DNA of 62,598 nt, counting the filler, from Dimargaris cristalligena (taxonomy: Eukaryota): the NCBI GenBank assembly GCA_003614675.1. It is 26 parts of 26 records of this genome, joined end to end, with 100 filler letters (N's around TTAATTAATTAA, not from the genome) between each part and the next. Parts side by side here need not be neighbours in the genome. Positions count along the whole stretch, not along the records: positions 19,588 to 21,921 come from ML004255.1; positions 22,022 to 24,349 come from ML004256.1; positions 24,450 to 26,775 come from ML004257.1; positions 26,876 to 29,200 come from ML004258.1; positions 29,301 to 31,623 come from ML004259.1; positions 31,724 to 34,025 come from ML004262.1; 20 more parts are not named here. One strand, given 5' to 3'. Under the pieces are notes generated by a model, which saw only the letters and a program-made list of their open reading frames with translations, made no database searches and was not told where the DNA came from. This document shows, piece by piece, positions 21,299 through 33,760 of this stretch. Made by a program: the position numbers and the translations under genes. The first letter of the stretch is position 1, and each line of letters begins with the position of its first letter.

Positions 21299-23592
21299 GA
21301 TTTAATAAAGCTTGTGTTAATCATTAAATTTTACATTCCAACACTCCCAACAAAAAAGCACAGCCCGAAAAGCAAATATTGGTTACTGGCCCCATCGGCC
21401 TACTGGATGAAGCAAGGTATAAATTAGAAATGGATTTACATCACCTGGCAAACCTTATGTCTTAATAAAATACTATTTTAATAAACTTATATTTAAATTA
21501 CTCTACTAAATTCATCCCACTAGAAGCCCAACTCGACCCAAACGTAACAGTATCAAACGTGGTGAATAAGATATCTATACGGCACCAGGTGTAGCCATGA
21601 GAACACACTATGACACAATAATCGCTAATATGAGCTAGTCGCGCGAAATGGCCTTACCTTGACTAGGCCGAAGTGGGCGGAAAGACACAATGATATATAT
21701 TACAAATAGAATTTTTGTCGCTTGAAAGGTTTATTACACTTCCTATACTAGTGTGGCGATATACCTCAACGACACCAAAACAACAAAAAAAATGTAATTA
21801 AAAAATATACCTGGCAAAATAAAACTGGACCAATTTATGATCACATCAAACAAATGTTTCCAAATCGAACCACCAAGTATCATCGATGGTGATCGACTTT
21901 ACGTGAACACAAACTTGGGTANNNNNNNNNNNNNNNNNNNNNNNNNNNNNNNNNNNNNNNNNNNNTTAATTAATTAANNNNNNNNNNNNNNNNNNNNNNN
22001 NNNNNNNNNNNNNNNNNNNNNCAGCCGTTCATAGTTATATATATATTTCTCATTTCTTATAAACCTCGAATTAGCCGATTTACCTCGCACATTATTTTCA
22101 ACTCTCTTATTTTTCACTTAGTCTATTATTTTCATATTGCTCTATTTCTTTTTAGTAAATAAATTTGTAAAAAACCACAATGTCCTTCTCACCGCAAAGC
22201 ACTTCTACAACCCCACTGTTGGCCGCACTACAATCTGCCAATAACGAGGTCCCTGATAGTGGTTCGAACCTCCCGCCGAGTTTCCCGGCTTTTCCCCCTC
22301 ATGACGTAATCCCCGACCTAACCGGTCCACCGGGTCTCGACGCTACACATACAATATTGTTTTTATTGAAGCAATGGGCGGGTGCAATATCACAAACTTC
22401 GCAATTGTGGTGATAGGTGGAAAAATAATCAGCCGGGGTGGGTCATCAATGGGCAAAATGGATACCTGCTAAGGGTGATTATACTTCAAGTAGGTCTAAG
22501 TGGGAGGCAACCAGGATATGGTGCCATCCTAATAAACTTGAGAGTGGTGGGGGGGACCATCATTACCGTAGGAGGTTGGACAAGGGCCCTAACAGGTGTT
22601 AATATGAGGTAAAGTAGGACTGCAAAGGGAGTTATCTTGAGATGTTCAAATACGGTAGAAGGGGGGTTGGCAGCAAGTGATGCAATGCGACACAGAATAC
22701 TATATATTTCAAGGTACAGCTTCAAAGCCAATCGGGTCACTGATTGTCCTGGCCTAAACAATTACACCCAAAGAGACTGCAGCGGAGATAATGGCTTGGA
22801 GGAACGAAGTGGACTGCACAGTGTATACACTCGGGAGTATTTAACTAGGCATGGCTGAAGGTGAAACAGGTATAACAAATGGGCTGTGGCGGAAAACTTA
22901 GGTTGGAAAGGCCTGTGGAGTGGGTGAAGCTGGAGTATACGGCAATTAATATATTAATATTGCTATTAAGGGGCGGGTCACTGGTTTCTTGTATATTTCA
23001 GACATTCTACTGGGGGGAACCGGCAGCCCATTGTCAGTGTCTAAATACACATAGTAAGTCATAACGACCCTCTGCCTGATTTAAGAAATGACCAACAAAA
23101 GCACTATATGCTTGTGGCCCACTCTAACCCATGCAATGTCCTATTGGTAATGAAAAAGGCCATCCAGATAAGGCCTACTGGAACATTAGGTGGGCCCTGT
23201 CATGCCACGTCCACTAGCCCACATCAGTGGCTCTAGCAATGACCTTCGCCTTTGTACAAAAATATAAGTGGTTTTGTAGTGCCATCTGGAGGTCAGCACT
23301 TATCCCCAGACTATGGACAGCCAGTCCTCATTGTCAGAGGGCGGAATATGCCATGATATGCAATAGCGGTATCATTCCTGTCATTTACCCACAAAAAAAA
23401 ATATACTGCCTATACTGTAGCATATACAAAAAACTAACAAAATATTATTTATTTCTTTATACTCATGGTTTGTATTAAAAAAGTCTGCCATTCTTCCTTA
23501 CATTTAAAAGTCTGGCCTATTTTTCAGTATATTCCTTATCATTCCATCTTGTTCCATTCTTAACCCTTTTTCTACATCCCTTTCCTTGTATC

Positions 23593-24349
23593 TGTGTTGC
23601 CAACAATTTGATGTGCTCCGCTGGCATGCCTTTGGGAGAGTCGGCAGGAGGGGTAACCTCCGGTTTCTTTCCACTAGATGACTTGCCATACTTTGTCATG
23701 TAATGGGGAGTGTTGGACTTTGCTGGGTTTAAGGGGGTTGAGACCGAGGTGGCCTTGGGGAAGTCACCGCTGAGTTCCTGGTTGTCCATCGCGTTGTACA
23801 TCATTATCTCATGTTGTCGGCTGAAAAGAAAAGTCAAATAAACTTAAAACCGTTACAAGAAAACGTTATAGTCAAACGGTATAATCGAATTGGTACTCGG
23901 AGATACCACAAATTCAAACTAAGTAAATGAAAGTAAAATAAGTTAGAAGTAATGGCAATAAAATAACTGATAATAGTAAAACTGGGTGAAAGGTTAATTG
24001 CCGGTATCATCTGGTGAAGTTAAAATATATATTTATTTGTTTATCTTGAAACTAACTTGTCCCTTCAACTGAGGGGACACTACTAAGATATATATAGGAA
24101 AATGACCAAACTAAATAACTATAGCTAAGAGTAATGCTGCAATAATTGTAGGACATAAAAAAAACCTAAAGATAGGGGAAAAATTGACCTACTGGCTAAA
24201 CTATGGTTGTGAATAGGTTAAAAAAGGAAGCAAAATATAGAAATTGGAAGGTTGGAAGATACAGTCTTCTAGGTTCTCCTCCATGTTGGATATTGATAAA
24301 ACTGACAAAAAGGGAATTCATGCTAAGAAATTGTATGGCGTGATTCCCA
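23593..24349 (-). mobile_element. Family A 3' two-thirds, including the read-out ORF (23517-23837)
   Basis: Begins TGTGTTGCC on the + strand; aligns with the other family A copies. Confidence 0.8.
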
Positions 24350-24449
24350 NNNNNNNNNNNNNNNNNNNNNNNNNNNNNNNNNNNNNNNNNNNNTTAATTA
24401 ATTAANNNNNNNNNNNNNNNNNNNNNNNNNNNNNNNNNNNNNNNNNNNN

Positions 24450-24907
24450 GAAGGTTGGAAGACACAGTCTTCCCAGTCCTTCTTCATGTCGGATGTTGAT
24501 AAAAAAGGAATTCATGTTTAAGCAATTGTATGGTGTGACTCCAAGAAGAATTCCACCGGAGGCTGGTTATTCCCAAGCCCTACTCATAAAGGATCATCAT
24601 AGCATAAAAGTGGTAATATGAGGTGGTCAATTGTCATGGCTTTAAAATTATCATTGACTTTGACAACCTATAACTTCATCAATAATAGATGGAAAAGTAA
24701 ATGGAAGTATAATTTGGAAAGCTGAAGGAAAAGAGAATCAGCTAGCATAAAAAAATAAAATAACGTTAATGACCCCGGACCGTTCCCATGGAAATAACTT
24801 GTCAATCGTCCGGGGGCCTTGAATTCATCCAAAGTATGGCTACTTCTTGGATTAGTAATGTATACTGGAGCTTACATGGCCTCTGGCCGGCTGCCCACAG
24901 CAGCACA
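24450..24907 (-). mobile_element. Family A 5' part (element start TGTGCTGC at 24907)
   Basis: Reverse complement of 43103-43584; overlaps in sequence with the ends of the 23593 and 25958 copies. Confidence 0.8.
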
Positions 24908-25004
24908 GGTGGCAACATCAGATGGAAAATGTGGGACTCAGGTCATGGGCCTTGAGGTGTCCAACTAGTAGTTTGTCTTGGAGGTCCACTGCTTGACTAG
25001 TAGC

Positions 25005-25760
25005 TAAGTGGGACAGTCTGACAGTGTTGTTGTGGACATGGCTGGGGCAGTGGAGGACCATGAAGTCATATTCCTGAAGGGTTGGGTACTATTATTTGAG
25101 TTGGCTGGAGCAGGGTGTGGTTGATCAGAGCCACTGCAGAGGGGCATGGTCCATTTTAATGGTAAAGTGCTGGCCATATAAATAGGGTTAGAATTTTTTT
25201 AAAGCAAATAGGATGGCCAGGCATTTGCATTCAGTAACTGAATAGTTTTATTGCATAGAATCCAACTGTGCATTGGCATACACAACTATATGCTTATACC
25301 TTTCCTCCTCTTGTGTGAGTATGGTGCCCACACCAGTATTGGAAGCATTAGTCTGGATGATAAAGGGCTTGGTGAAGTCCAGATAACACAGGATTAGGTC
25401 ACTGGATAGGTATTTTTGTAGTTTATCAAATACTGCTTATTCTTTAATAATCCACATAAAGGGGGTGTCCTTCTCGGTCAGGCTGTGGAGGGCAGTGGAG
25501 CACATTATAAAGTTCTGGATGAACTAGTGATAGTATGATACTAGGCTGAGGAAACTCTGGATGTCCTTGACAGTAGTGGGAATTGAGATGTTTTTGATGG
25601 CCATGATTTTGTCAGGACTGGGCTGGATGCCATCACAGGCAATGACATGGCCTAGGGAGGGGGCTTGATAAGCTCTAAACAGGCATTTGCTGCATTTGAG
25701 CTGTAGCCCATATTTACAGAGTGTATCCAGTACTAGTTGCAGGTCCTTGCAGTGTTTGTT
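25005..25760 (-). pseudogene. Degenerate Ty3/gypsy pol fragment (RT C-terminus and RNase H)
   Basis: Translation LQLKCSKCLF...LGHVI...GIQPSPDKI...VKDIQSFLSLVSYY*...PFIIQTNASNTGVG...NYSVTECKCLAI...PYLYGQHFTIKMDH...LQEYDF, with stops. Confidence 0.9.
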
Positions 25761-25957
25761 GGTGGTGTAGCAAGGTGAAGTGTCCCCCTAATTGTCCCAG
25801 GTACAAACTATTAATATTTAATTATTATATTTATATACAAGGTATGAAGTGGCTTTTTTGTCTGGTATATCCAGTTTTTTTTCCTTCCCTTTTAACCCAT
25901 TCCATCTATATGAATTTTTCCTTTGATTTTATTTATATTTCTATTAGTAGATGTATG

Positions 25958-26693
25958 TGTGTTGCTAATGATTTGAGGGGCTCTGCTGGCATGCGTTTTG
26001 GAGAGTCGGCAGGAGGGGTAACCTCTAGTTTCTTTCCACTAGATGGCTTGCCATATTTTGTCATATAATACAGAGTGTTGGACTTTGCTGGGTTCGAGGG
26101 GGTTGAGACCAAGGTGGCCTTGGGGAAGTCACCGCTGAGTTCCTGGTCATCCATTGTGTTGTATGACATTGTCTCGTGTCATTAGTTGTTAAAGAAAATA
26201 TAAAATAAAAACATTATAAGAAAACATTATACTCAAATAGTGTAATCAATTTAGTACTCGGAGGTACCAAAACTTTGAACTGAATAAATAAAAATAAGTA
26301 AATCAGAGCAGTGGTAATGAAATAAATGGTAATAATAAAACTGGGTAAAAGGTTAATCGTCAGTATCATCTGGTGAAGTTAAAATAGATATTTATTCTGA
26401 GTAATAAAAACTTATCCTGAAAATAACTTGTCCCTTCAACTGAGGGGATGCTACTAAGGTATATATAAGAAATCAACCAAACTAAATGACTATAGCTAGG
26501 ATTAAAGCTATGATATTTGTAGGACATAAAAAACCTAAAGATAGGGGAAAAACTTACCTACTGGCTAAACTATAGTTGTGAATGGTTAAAAAGAAATAAA
26601 ATATAGAACTTGGAAGGTTGGAAGACACAGCCTTCCCAGACCTCCTTCATGTCGGATATTGATAAAACTGAGAAAAAAGGAATTCATGCTAAG
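25958..26693 (-). mobile_element. Family A 3' part, interrupted at 26694 by family C
   Basis: Aligns with 23593-24349. Confidence 0.8.
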
Positions 26694-26775
26694 TGTAAAG
26701 AACTGAACTCAAATCCTTGAAAACTGAACTTTATTTGAAAAGATAGATAATAAAAGGGAAAGGTGATAATAGACC
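26694..26775 (-). mobile_element. Family C LTR end nested in family A
   Basis: TGTAAAGAACTGAACTCAAATCC... matches the other copies. Confidence 0.75.
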
Positions 26776-26875
26776 NNNNNNNNNNNNNNNNNNNNNNNNN
26801 NNNNNNNNNNNNNNNNNNNTTAATTAATTAANNNNNNNNNNNNNNNNNNNNNNNNNNNNNNNNNNNNNNNNNNNN

Positions 26876-27080
26876 CTCAGTTGAGCAGGGCTTCCATGGG
26901 AATTGGAAGGCACTAAGATCACCTACGAGTAATTAGTGCGAACTCCGGGAGGCCTGGCCGGTTAAGGGGCTATCAATGATGTTCGGCCTGGTTAGGGCCG
27001 GGGGGTACACTATGGCGCTATACGGCCTGATATGACGGCGGTCATATCGGTTGGATTAGGACGGATTAGGAGGGGCGACA
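26876..27080 (+). mobile_element. Family B-related LTR 3' end, CpG-rich (...GGAGGGGCGACA)
   Basis: Matches the family B 3' terminus and retains CpGs. Confidence 0.65.
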
Positions 27081-27085
27081 GAGTA

Positions 27086-27665
27086 TATCAGCCCTCCTAA
27101 TCTAACTTAATCCAGACTTAATGATTGTCCATCCTCATTAGGCCTTATAGTACCATATTAACCCTCCCATAGTTACCCCCAGTACTATAGGATCACCATC
27201 TAGTATATAACCCTTCTCCTTCCAGCCCCAATGCTTTATACCAAAACACTCAACCTGCTGATCCAAGACTCTTCTGGTTCCCATGAGAGTTTTCCAGATA
27301 CAAAGCCACCCAGTTGGATTCTTTATCTAGCTATACCTTAGTCTTAGTAGTATTTTCCTTGGGACCTCCCTCTGGAGCTGTCCCCATGTATATATAACTG
27401 GGCCCTACTGGGACTGGTTTGATTCTTTAGCTTATTCATATCCCCTAGTTTACTCCAATAAACTCTATATATACTCACCCCCTCATCTAACCAGTAAGTG
27501 TGCCTGTTGCACGTCCCTTGCATTTACCTGTAGTTGTCCTTTATTGGTTAGCACCATGCCCCCACCCTAATACTAGTAGCCCACTTGGTCATCTAAGCCC
27601 CATCTACCATTAGAAGCCTATCCTTAGGACTCTTGACAGATTATGAGTGGTGAACCTGGGTGACA
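27086..27665 (-). mobile_element. Family B solo LTR; degenerate TSD GAGTA/GGGCA; 5 bp from the previous LTR end
   Basis: TATCAGCCC...GGGTGACA; reverse complement of the 1470 copy. Confidence 0.8.
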
Positions 27666-29300
27666 GGGCATAAAAGTACCAGTAATATATTGGCTAAAGG
27701 ATGGTAAATGAGTAGGTCCCCTATGCCTAGGGTCTACAGGTGGCAATAGGTCCATATCATCAGGCTGGAGTGATGAGTTTCTATTTTGATTGTCCATTGA
27801 GCTTTCTGTTGACCACTTTACCTGATGATATATGGACTAAGCTGTCAGTGGATGAAGACTGGGCCCAGCCCTGGCACATAACCAACAGCCAGATAAGTGT
27901 ATAGCAAGCCATCAGATCGGTTGTCAAAACCTTAAGTGCAGAGGGCAAGGCAAATGTATAAAGAGGTGAAAAAGAGTATTTCTTTAATATATTGCTCCCA
28001 GTGGGTCACTCCGGAGAGTGCGCTGCAATATTTTGTGTGGTAAAGAAGGTGGATAATTTAAAACTACATACCTTTGTCATTGCTGCTTACAAAGATTGCT
28101 GGAATAAAAGATGAACACAGATAAATCTGAAGATATCTAAAGGGGACAGTGGTGGAGGTGGGCCACCTTGGTTATATAGCATTGTACTTCAGCAGTTTTG
28201 CTGTTTATGCCCCCAACCAGCCCGGCTTTGGTTTCCCTTTGAGTGCAATACCATAGTGCTAGATGGCTTTATCTGGGATTTGGGAGTCTTGAGGGTCCCA
28301 CAGGTACTTCCCCCGTCACCCATTGCCCACCCACTCTTGCCCTATGTATTAGTTTGGAAGGACCATTACAATGTTTTCAACCGAGAGTTGCTGATAATCA
28401 TGGTGGGTAAACGTTTACCTCGTATAGTAAAGTTCCCTTGGAGCCATTTACAATCGTGTTGCAGCGATCTGACTTTCATTTTTAGCATAAGCTACAGAGT
28501 GATAGACATAGCTGTTGGTTGGCATTATTGCTATTAATATATTTCGACTGACACCGTGGCAGCATGTCTATTTCATGGCCGTTTTCACCAAACCAAAGTT
28601 GGTCCCGTTCTAACCTCTAATATATAATATTGACTCTGAGAGATATGTTTCTACTGAACAGGCCGAATACCTTGAAAGTCTAAGTACCAAGTATATAACT
28701 GTCGAGTGAGTTTGTCTTTGAGCCATAATATGAAATTATAGATACCAATTTATATTTAATGGACCTCTAATTGGGTGTCGTGCTTAATAATCTATAGGAT
28801 TAAAACCGACTAACTATGAAGGACTAGGCACCATCATCACCTAGTTCTATAAGTGAGGCGCGGGAATTTGGCCTTGTTGAAGGTTCAGTGTCCTTCAGCC
28901 ATTCCCGCCACTCGATTCACATATTCCACATATCACCATTATATACCCGTCTATTATTAGGTATCATTTATATTACTATCTAGTAGCGTCTTCTAGCATC
29001 TTCTATGCTGGTTCGACGCCTTTACCATTAGTATGCTCGGCTATATAAAGCCGAGCCAATTCCTATAGTTATTCTTGAGTTAATTACCTTTTATTCTATA
29101 CCCCCCTTTTATAGTTAACTCGATCTATTTGATATCTCCTTTATTATTATCTATAAAGCGCCCTTCGCATCAACTGCTTGTGTGTTATCTCTTGTAAACT
29201 NNNNNNNNNNNNNNNNNNNNNNNNNNNNNNNNNNNNNNNNNNNNTTAATTAATTAANNNNNNNNNNNNNNNNNNNNNNNNNNNNNNNNNNNNNNNNNNNN

Positions 29301-29895
29301 ACTCATCAGGGGCAGGGGCTCATTCACTTGTCAGGGGCATACTTCCGATAAGTGCAAAAAATGGATTAAAAATAAAAGTAGGTAAAAAATGTGGTAAGTT
29401 CACCACAGTAGCTAACCCCTCTAATCTCTATGTGGCAACTCCAAATAGATATAGGACTACCAGGAATGTGGTATCCAGTAAGGTACTACAATGAGATGTA
29501 GAGTACAGGGTGTGGTAATAAAGTGAAAACATTCTATTTTTCTGTTAAAAATTGAGCCTTATTTTATAACTATATGGAAGACACTTAAAAAATCACAGCA
29601 CTTCCTACAGAGAGCACACCTGTACCATAAGTTGAAATGAAGGATCAGAGGGGAGTGTACTCCCTGGATCTGTTGCTTGTATAATAGAATTGTGCAAGAT
29701 AATATATACTGCTACTAACAGGTCTTAGCTCTAGTCGAATCCTGCTAAAGGCCTTATTATGATCCCTTGCATTTCCCATAGACATACTTAGTACTGTGAT
29801 GATTTAATTCTTAACCTGGCTAAGGCATATAAAGTACCACCACTACTCTTCACAGTTCATCTGAAGACTCTCATAGACCCCAATAAAGACCTTAC
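29301..29895 (+). repeat. Left arm of a 595-bp inverted repeat
   Basis: Reverse complement of 31029-31623. Differences seen only in the outer ~30 nt and one A/G change (29529 vs 31395). Confidence 0.95.
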
Positions 29896-30063
29896 AGTGC
29901 TACTGTTACTATATATATATTCAATCCTCCAGAATTGTTGCTGTGTATACATACCCACCCAAACTACACTCTGTTCATTCCTTAGCTGACATATCTAGCC
30001 TATCCTAATAAACTCCTATATGCCCACCCCTGGTTAGCACTTGTACTCTAGGGATCTACTAAT

Positions 30064-30197
30064 GGGTTAAATTCGACCCGGCTATATAATACTGTAAATG
30101 CTGTGCATGAGAAAGTGGGCGGAATATTCATTTTTTACCAGCAATATTTGCCTCATTCAAAGGATTTTTCATTATGCAGCTTAGTAAAGCCTCTCCC
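30064..30197 (+). mobile_element. MITE family E (~135 bp; GGGWGAARTTC...GAAYYTCWCCC type TIRs, ATAT flanks)
   Basis: Homologous to 30347-30482 (inverted), 35998-36133 and 51147-51281. Confidence 0.65.
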
Positions 30198-30346
30198 ATA
30201 TTGATATTCCACCCTTTGCTATCCTGTAGCTATAAGTACTGGTTAAAATTACTCATGGTGCCGTGCCCTTGGGAAACCTACCACCACTGTGGGCACTGAT
30301 TCAATGTTGAAATGTTAAATCACCAGGACTCATGCTATTAGTATAT

Positions 30347-30482
30347 GGGAGTAGTTCAACAAGGCTGGATAACGAAAAATCCATTTGATGAGGCAAATAC
30401 TACTGGTTGAAAATAAACATCCCACTGATTTTCCCATACACATATCGGTTAAAACCTTATACAGCCGAGCTGAATTTCACCC
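30347..30482 (-). mobile_element. MITE family E, inverted copy
   Basis: ATAT-GGGAG...CACCC-ATAT; internal sequence aligns with the 35998 copy. Confidence 0.7.
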
Positions 30483-30849
30483 ATATTGAGCCTATCTAAC
30501 AATCTGCCAATGTTAATGGTTGTTATACAACACTGATTCAGTGAATATTTATCTAGCAAAATGCAAATACAATTGTAATAATAGTAGATATATATAACAC
30601 CATAATACGGAGGTATTTAATTGGATTTTCTCGGTCCTTAATACTAAAATAAGCTCACCAAATAAACTTGATAAGGAATGATACAAGGAAATGGGTCAAT
30701 AGTAGATATCGCCAAGAAACGCGTATTTTGCCCAAGAAACTAGCCGAAAGGAATTCTCTAGAACTGATCCTGTCCAATTGAGAATGGGTGGGAGGATCCA
30801 TTGGTGGATATATATATATATATGTATAAACGGACACTATGATCGTCAT

Positions 30850-30989
30850 TTAATCTCGAGCCGCCACGTCGATGTTTTTGAGTTTAAGAAATACGTCACA
30901 GCCGTAACCCTCAAGGGACACAAGATCGAGGGACCCACCAAAATAGCGGGCGTAGATGCGAGCCATGGGTAAACCGTAACCGAGACCCG
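30850..30989 (-). CDS. Last exon of a pyruvate dehydrogenase kinase/BCKD kinase family gene; upstream intron cut by the inverted-repeat arm
   Basis: Too short for the ORF track. Translates (A)[45 protein letters not shown], the PDK G-box C-terminus, after a polypyrimidine tract and AG acceptor. Confidence 0.85.
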
Positions 30990-31028
30990 CTTCAAAAAAA
31001 CGTAAAAGACAATAGATGCATAGTGGAG

Positions 31029-31623
31029 GTAAGGTCTTTATTGGGGTCTATGAGAGTCTTCAGATGAACTGTGAAGAGTAGTGGTGGTACTTTATATGCC
31101 TTAGCCAGGTTAAGAATTAAATCATCACAGTACTAAGTATGTCTATGGGAAATGCAAGGGATCATAATAAGGCCTTTAGCAGGATTCGACTAGAGCTAAG
31201 ACCTGTTAGTAGCAGTATATATTATCTTGCACAATTCTATTATACAAGCAACAGATCCAGGGAGTACACTCCCCTCTGATCCTTCATTTCAACTTATGGT
31301 ACAGGTGTGCTCTCTGTAGGAAGTGCTGTGATTTTTTAAGTGTCTTCCATATAGTTATAAAATAAGGCTCAATTTTTAACAGAAAAATAGAATGCTTTCA
31401 CTTTATTACCACACCCTGTACTCTACATCTCATTGTAGTACCTTACTGGATACCACATTCCTGGTAGTCCTATATCTATTTGGAGTTGCCACATAGAGAT
31501 TAGAGGGGTTAGCTACTGTGGTGAACTTACCACATTTTTTACCTACTTTTATTTTTAATCCATTTTTTGCACTTATCGGAAGTATGCCCCTGACCAGTGA
31601 TGATACCCCTGCCCCTGATGAGA
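31029..31623 (-). repeat. Right arm of the 595-bp inverted repeat
   Basis: Reverse complement of 29301-29895. Confidence 0.95.
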
Positions 31624-31875
31624 NNNNNNNNNNNNNNNNNNNNNNNNNNNNNNNNNNNNNNNNNNNNTTAATTAATTAANNNNNNNNNNNNNNNNNNNNN
31701 NNNNNNNNNNNNNNNNNNNNNNNTAAAACATCTCTTTTTTCATTCTTCTGAACTGTACCGGCAGTTTTGCCTACAGTTGTTTTAGTTATTTCAAAGGTTC
31801 AATTTTACTATCTCTTTGATTATAAGGCATTCACACCTATTATTGTATAGTTGCTCTGCCATACCACTACAGTCT

Positions 31876-33677
31876 TGTTGTGCAACAGTGGGAAAATAGT
31901 GAAAATTAAAGTTTAAACAGTAATAAACATATAGCAAAAGTCAGCAAAAGAATCAGTTATCTCAAAGGCAAGAAACAGGGTGTCCAAAGTCTGGTTTATT
32001 AAAGGTGGGTGATTACCCCTTATTTATATGTCAGGAAATAAATCAAGGGGTTAGGGTATTCAGTGGTAGCAGAAAGCAGTAGTTGGTCTTGAAACCATTG
32101 TTGGAAAAACCACTAGTGGTCCTGGGTTACTTGATGTTATTGGCTGGGAATATTGGGGAAATCAGTGGCATCGCTGGTTTTGATTGAGTTCTGAATGAGT
32201 TTGTTCTAATAAACTCAGTGGCTTAGCTGCTGGGGGAGTTATGGGGATATTTGGTACTTGAGGGTTGGGGATTCCTGTAGGATAACTGGGGGAATCACCA
32301 GACTGGTCCTGAGGATGTCCTGGTGACCTGGGCCTAGGAATATGTACCACCAAAGTTTGTGGTTCTTAAGGAGGCAGCACAACAATCTGTTATGGCTGGA
32401 CTGGGATGACCCTAGTGGCCCTATTAATGTAGTGACTAAACTTTCTCTAGTCTTGGACCTTCCCTATAAAAGAGGATGAGCCCTAAGAGTTTCACCATTC
32501 CTTTAGTATTCAAACCCTTATTTTCAGTATATTTTTGCTATTCATTTTCTGGCCAGAATTACAAACTTTATGACTACATACCCCATGTATACAGTAGTCC
32601 TTTATTAATATAACCATATAATCACAGTAGTAATAATCCATATATATAACTATGCTGTTCCCCACAGGGTGAATGGGGATTCCTCTCTGGACCTTGATTT
32701 TTCCTATATCTTTTAGGTAATCACTATTAGCAGTTATATTGGTATTTACCTATGACTATTATTATAATTATATCCATTACTATTACTTGAAATAAATCCA
32801 ATTATCTCTATTACTATATTAAGCTATTAACAGCACAACAGTCTGTTATGGTCAGTCCAATATGGGCTTAGGATATCCACATTGGTTCACAGACTTCCCA
32901 AGTTTGGGATAACTCATCCCAACCTTGGAAATCAGTAAAAGCATATTAGTATTTGCAAAAACCATTATTAATGAATCATTACTCTTTTAATTATTCAAGT
33001 CTGATTATCAACCTGATTATTACTTGTTTAGTTCTTATATTTTGACCTTGGATTTCTCATGACTTAAGTACAGTCTTGGCTATCAATAGCTTATCAATTC
33101 AGTGATTATTCATTCTGGCATGGACAAAACTATTGTCCATTTATAACCATGATATATATAGCTGACATCAGCATGAAAAGGGAGACAGCAGATTCAAGCC
33201 ACATCTTATCTCCTTTTCTATATTCTCCTAAAACCTAAAAACATTAGTATTATATTAGCAACTTCAATTATTATCATATTTACCAGGATTACTGTTAAAC
33301 TACTTTTTAAATCACTGATTACTTGATTAAGCCACATTTTTCACAACATGTCCTGTGTGGTATTTGGTAATAAGGCTAGATAATTGATGGAAATCAGAGG
33401 TAAAGAATTTATTAGGAAAAATGAGGAAGGTGAAACTGGTTACTGAATTCAAGTAGGTGCAAAGTTGCTGGTATTTATATAGCTAGGAACTGGTGATAAA
33501 TATAGCCATTCCTGATTAGGATCAGAGGTTATCTATATTTAGGATTAATTAGCTTGTTGAATAATAGTAACTTGTGGTAAATTGCAAATAGGTCATAAAT
33601 TGTGAACTGATGGCAAATAGTGAGCTTGTGGTTGTGATGATGAACCGGCAGTGGGATGAGCCTGTGATTTTATCACA
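31876..33677. mobile_element. Array of four abutting TG...CA LTR-like units (31876-32384, 32388-32840, 32844-33348, 33354-33677)
   Basis: Unit 1 has a perfect TGTTGTGC/GCACAACA terminal repeat; units 2 and 3 start TGTTATGG and end CACAACA; spacers are ATC, GTC and TGTCC; both outer flanks contain GTCT. Confidence 0.5.
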
Positions 33678-33760
33678 GTCTGGAAATTGGCTTATTGACA
33701 TATTCTATTATGGTTTTTCTAGGGGGTGAATGTATTTTTTCAAATTTTTTATATCAAAGC

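Noticed and set aside
22255-22280. GGTTCGAACC as a tRNA T-arm
   Set aside because: The flanking bases do not form a T-stem and no cloverleaf is evident; no tRNA or rRNA was recognised anywhere in the window.
27750-27837. 15-17-bp inverted repeat GTCCATATCATCAGG / CCTGATGATATATGGAC
   Set aside because: Single occurrence with an indel, no clear TSD and no second copy in the window; cannot be distinguished from chance.
28138-28165. KGDSGG as a trypsin-like protease active site
   Set aside because: No His/Asp catalytic motifs or cysteine pattern nearby; the frame has stops and looks like decayed repeat DNA.
31612-31623. CTGATGAG as a hammerhead ribozyme core in family F
   Set aside because: The contig ends right after it, so stem II, GAAA and the cleavage site cannot be seen. 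CTGATGA at ~14321 and ~27822 lacks the required downstream GAAA and stems.
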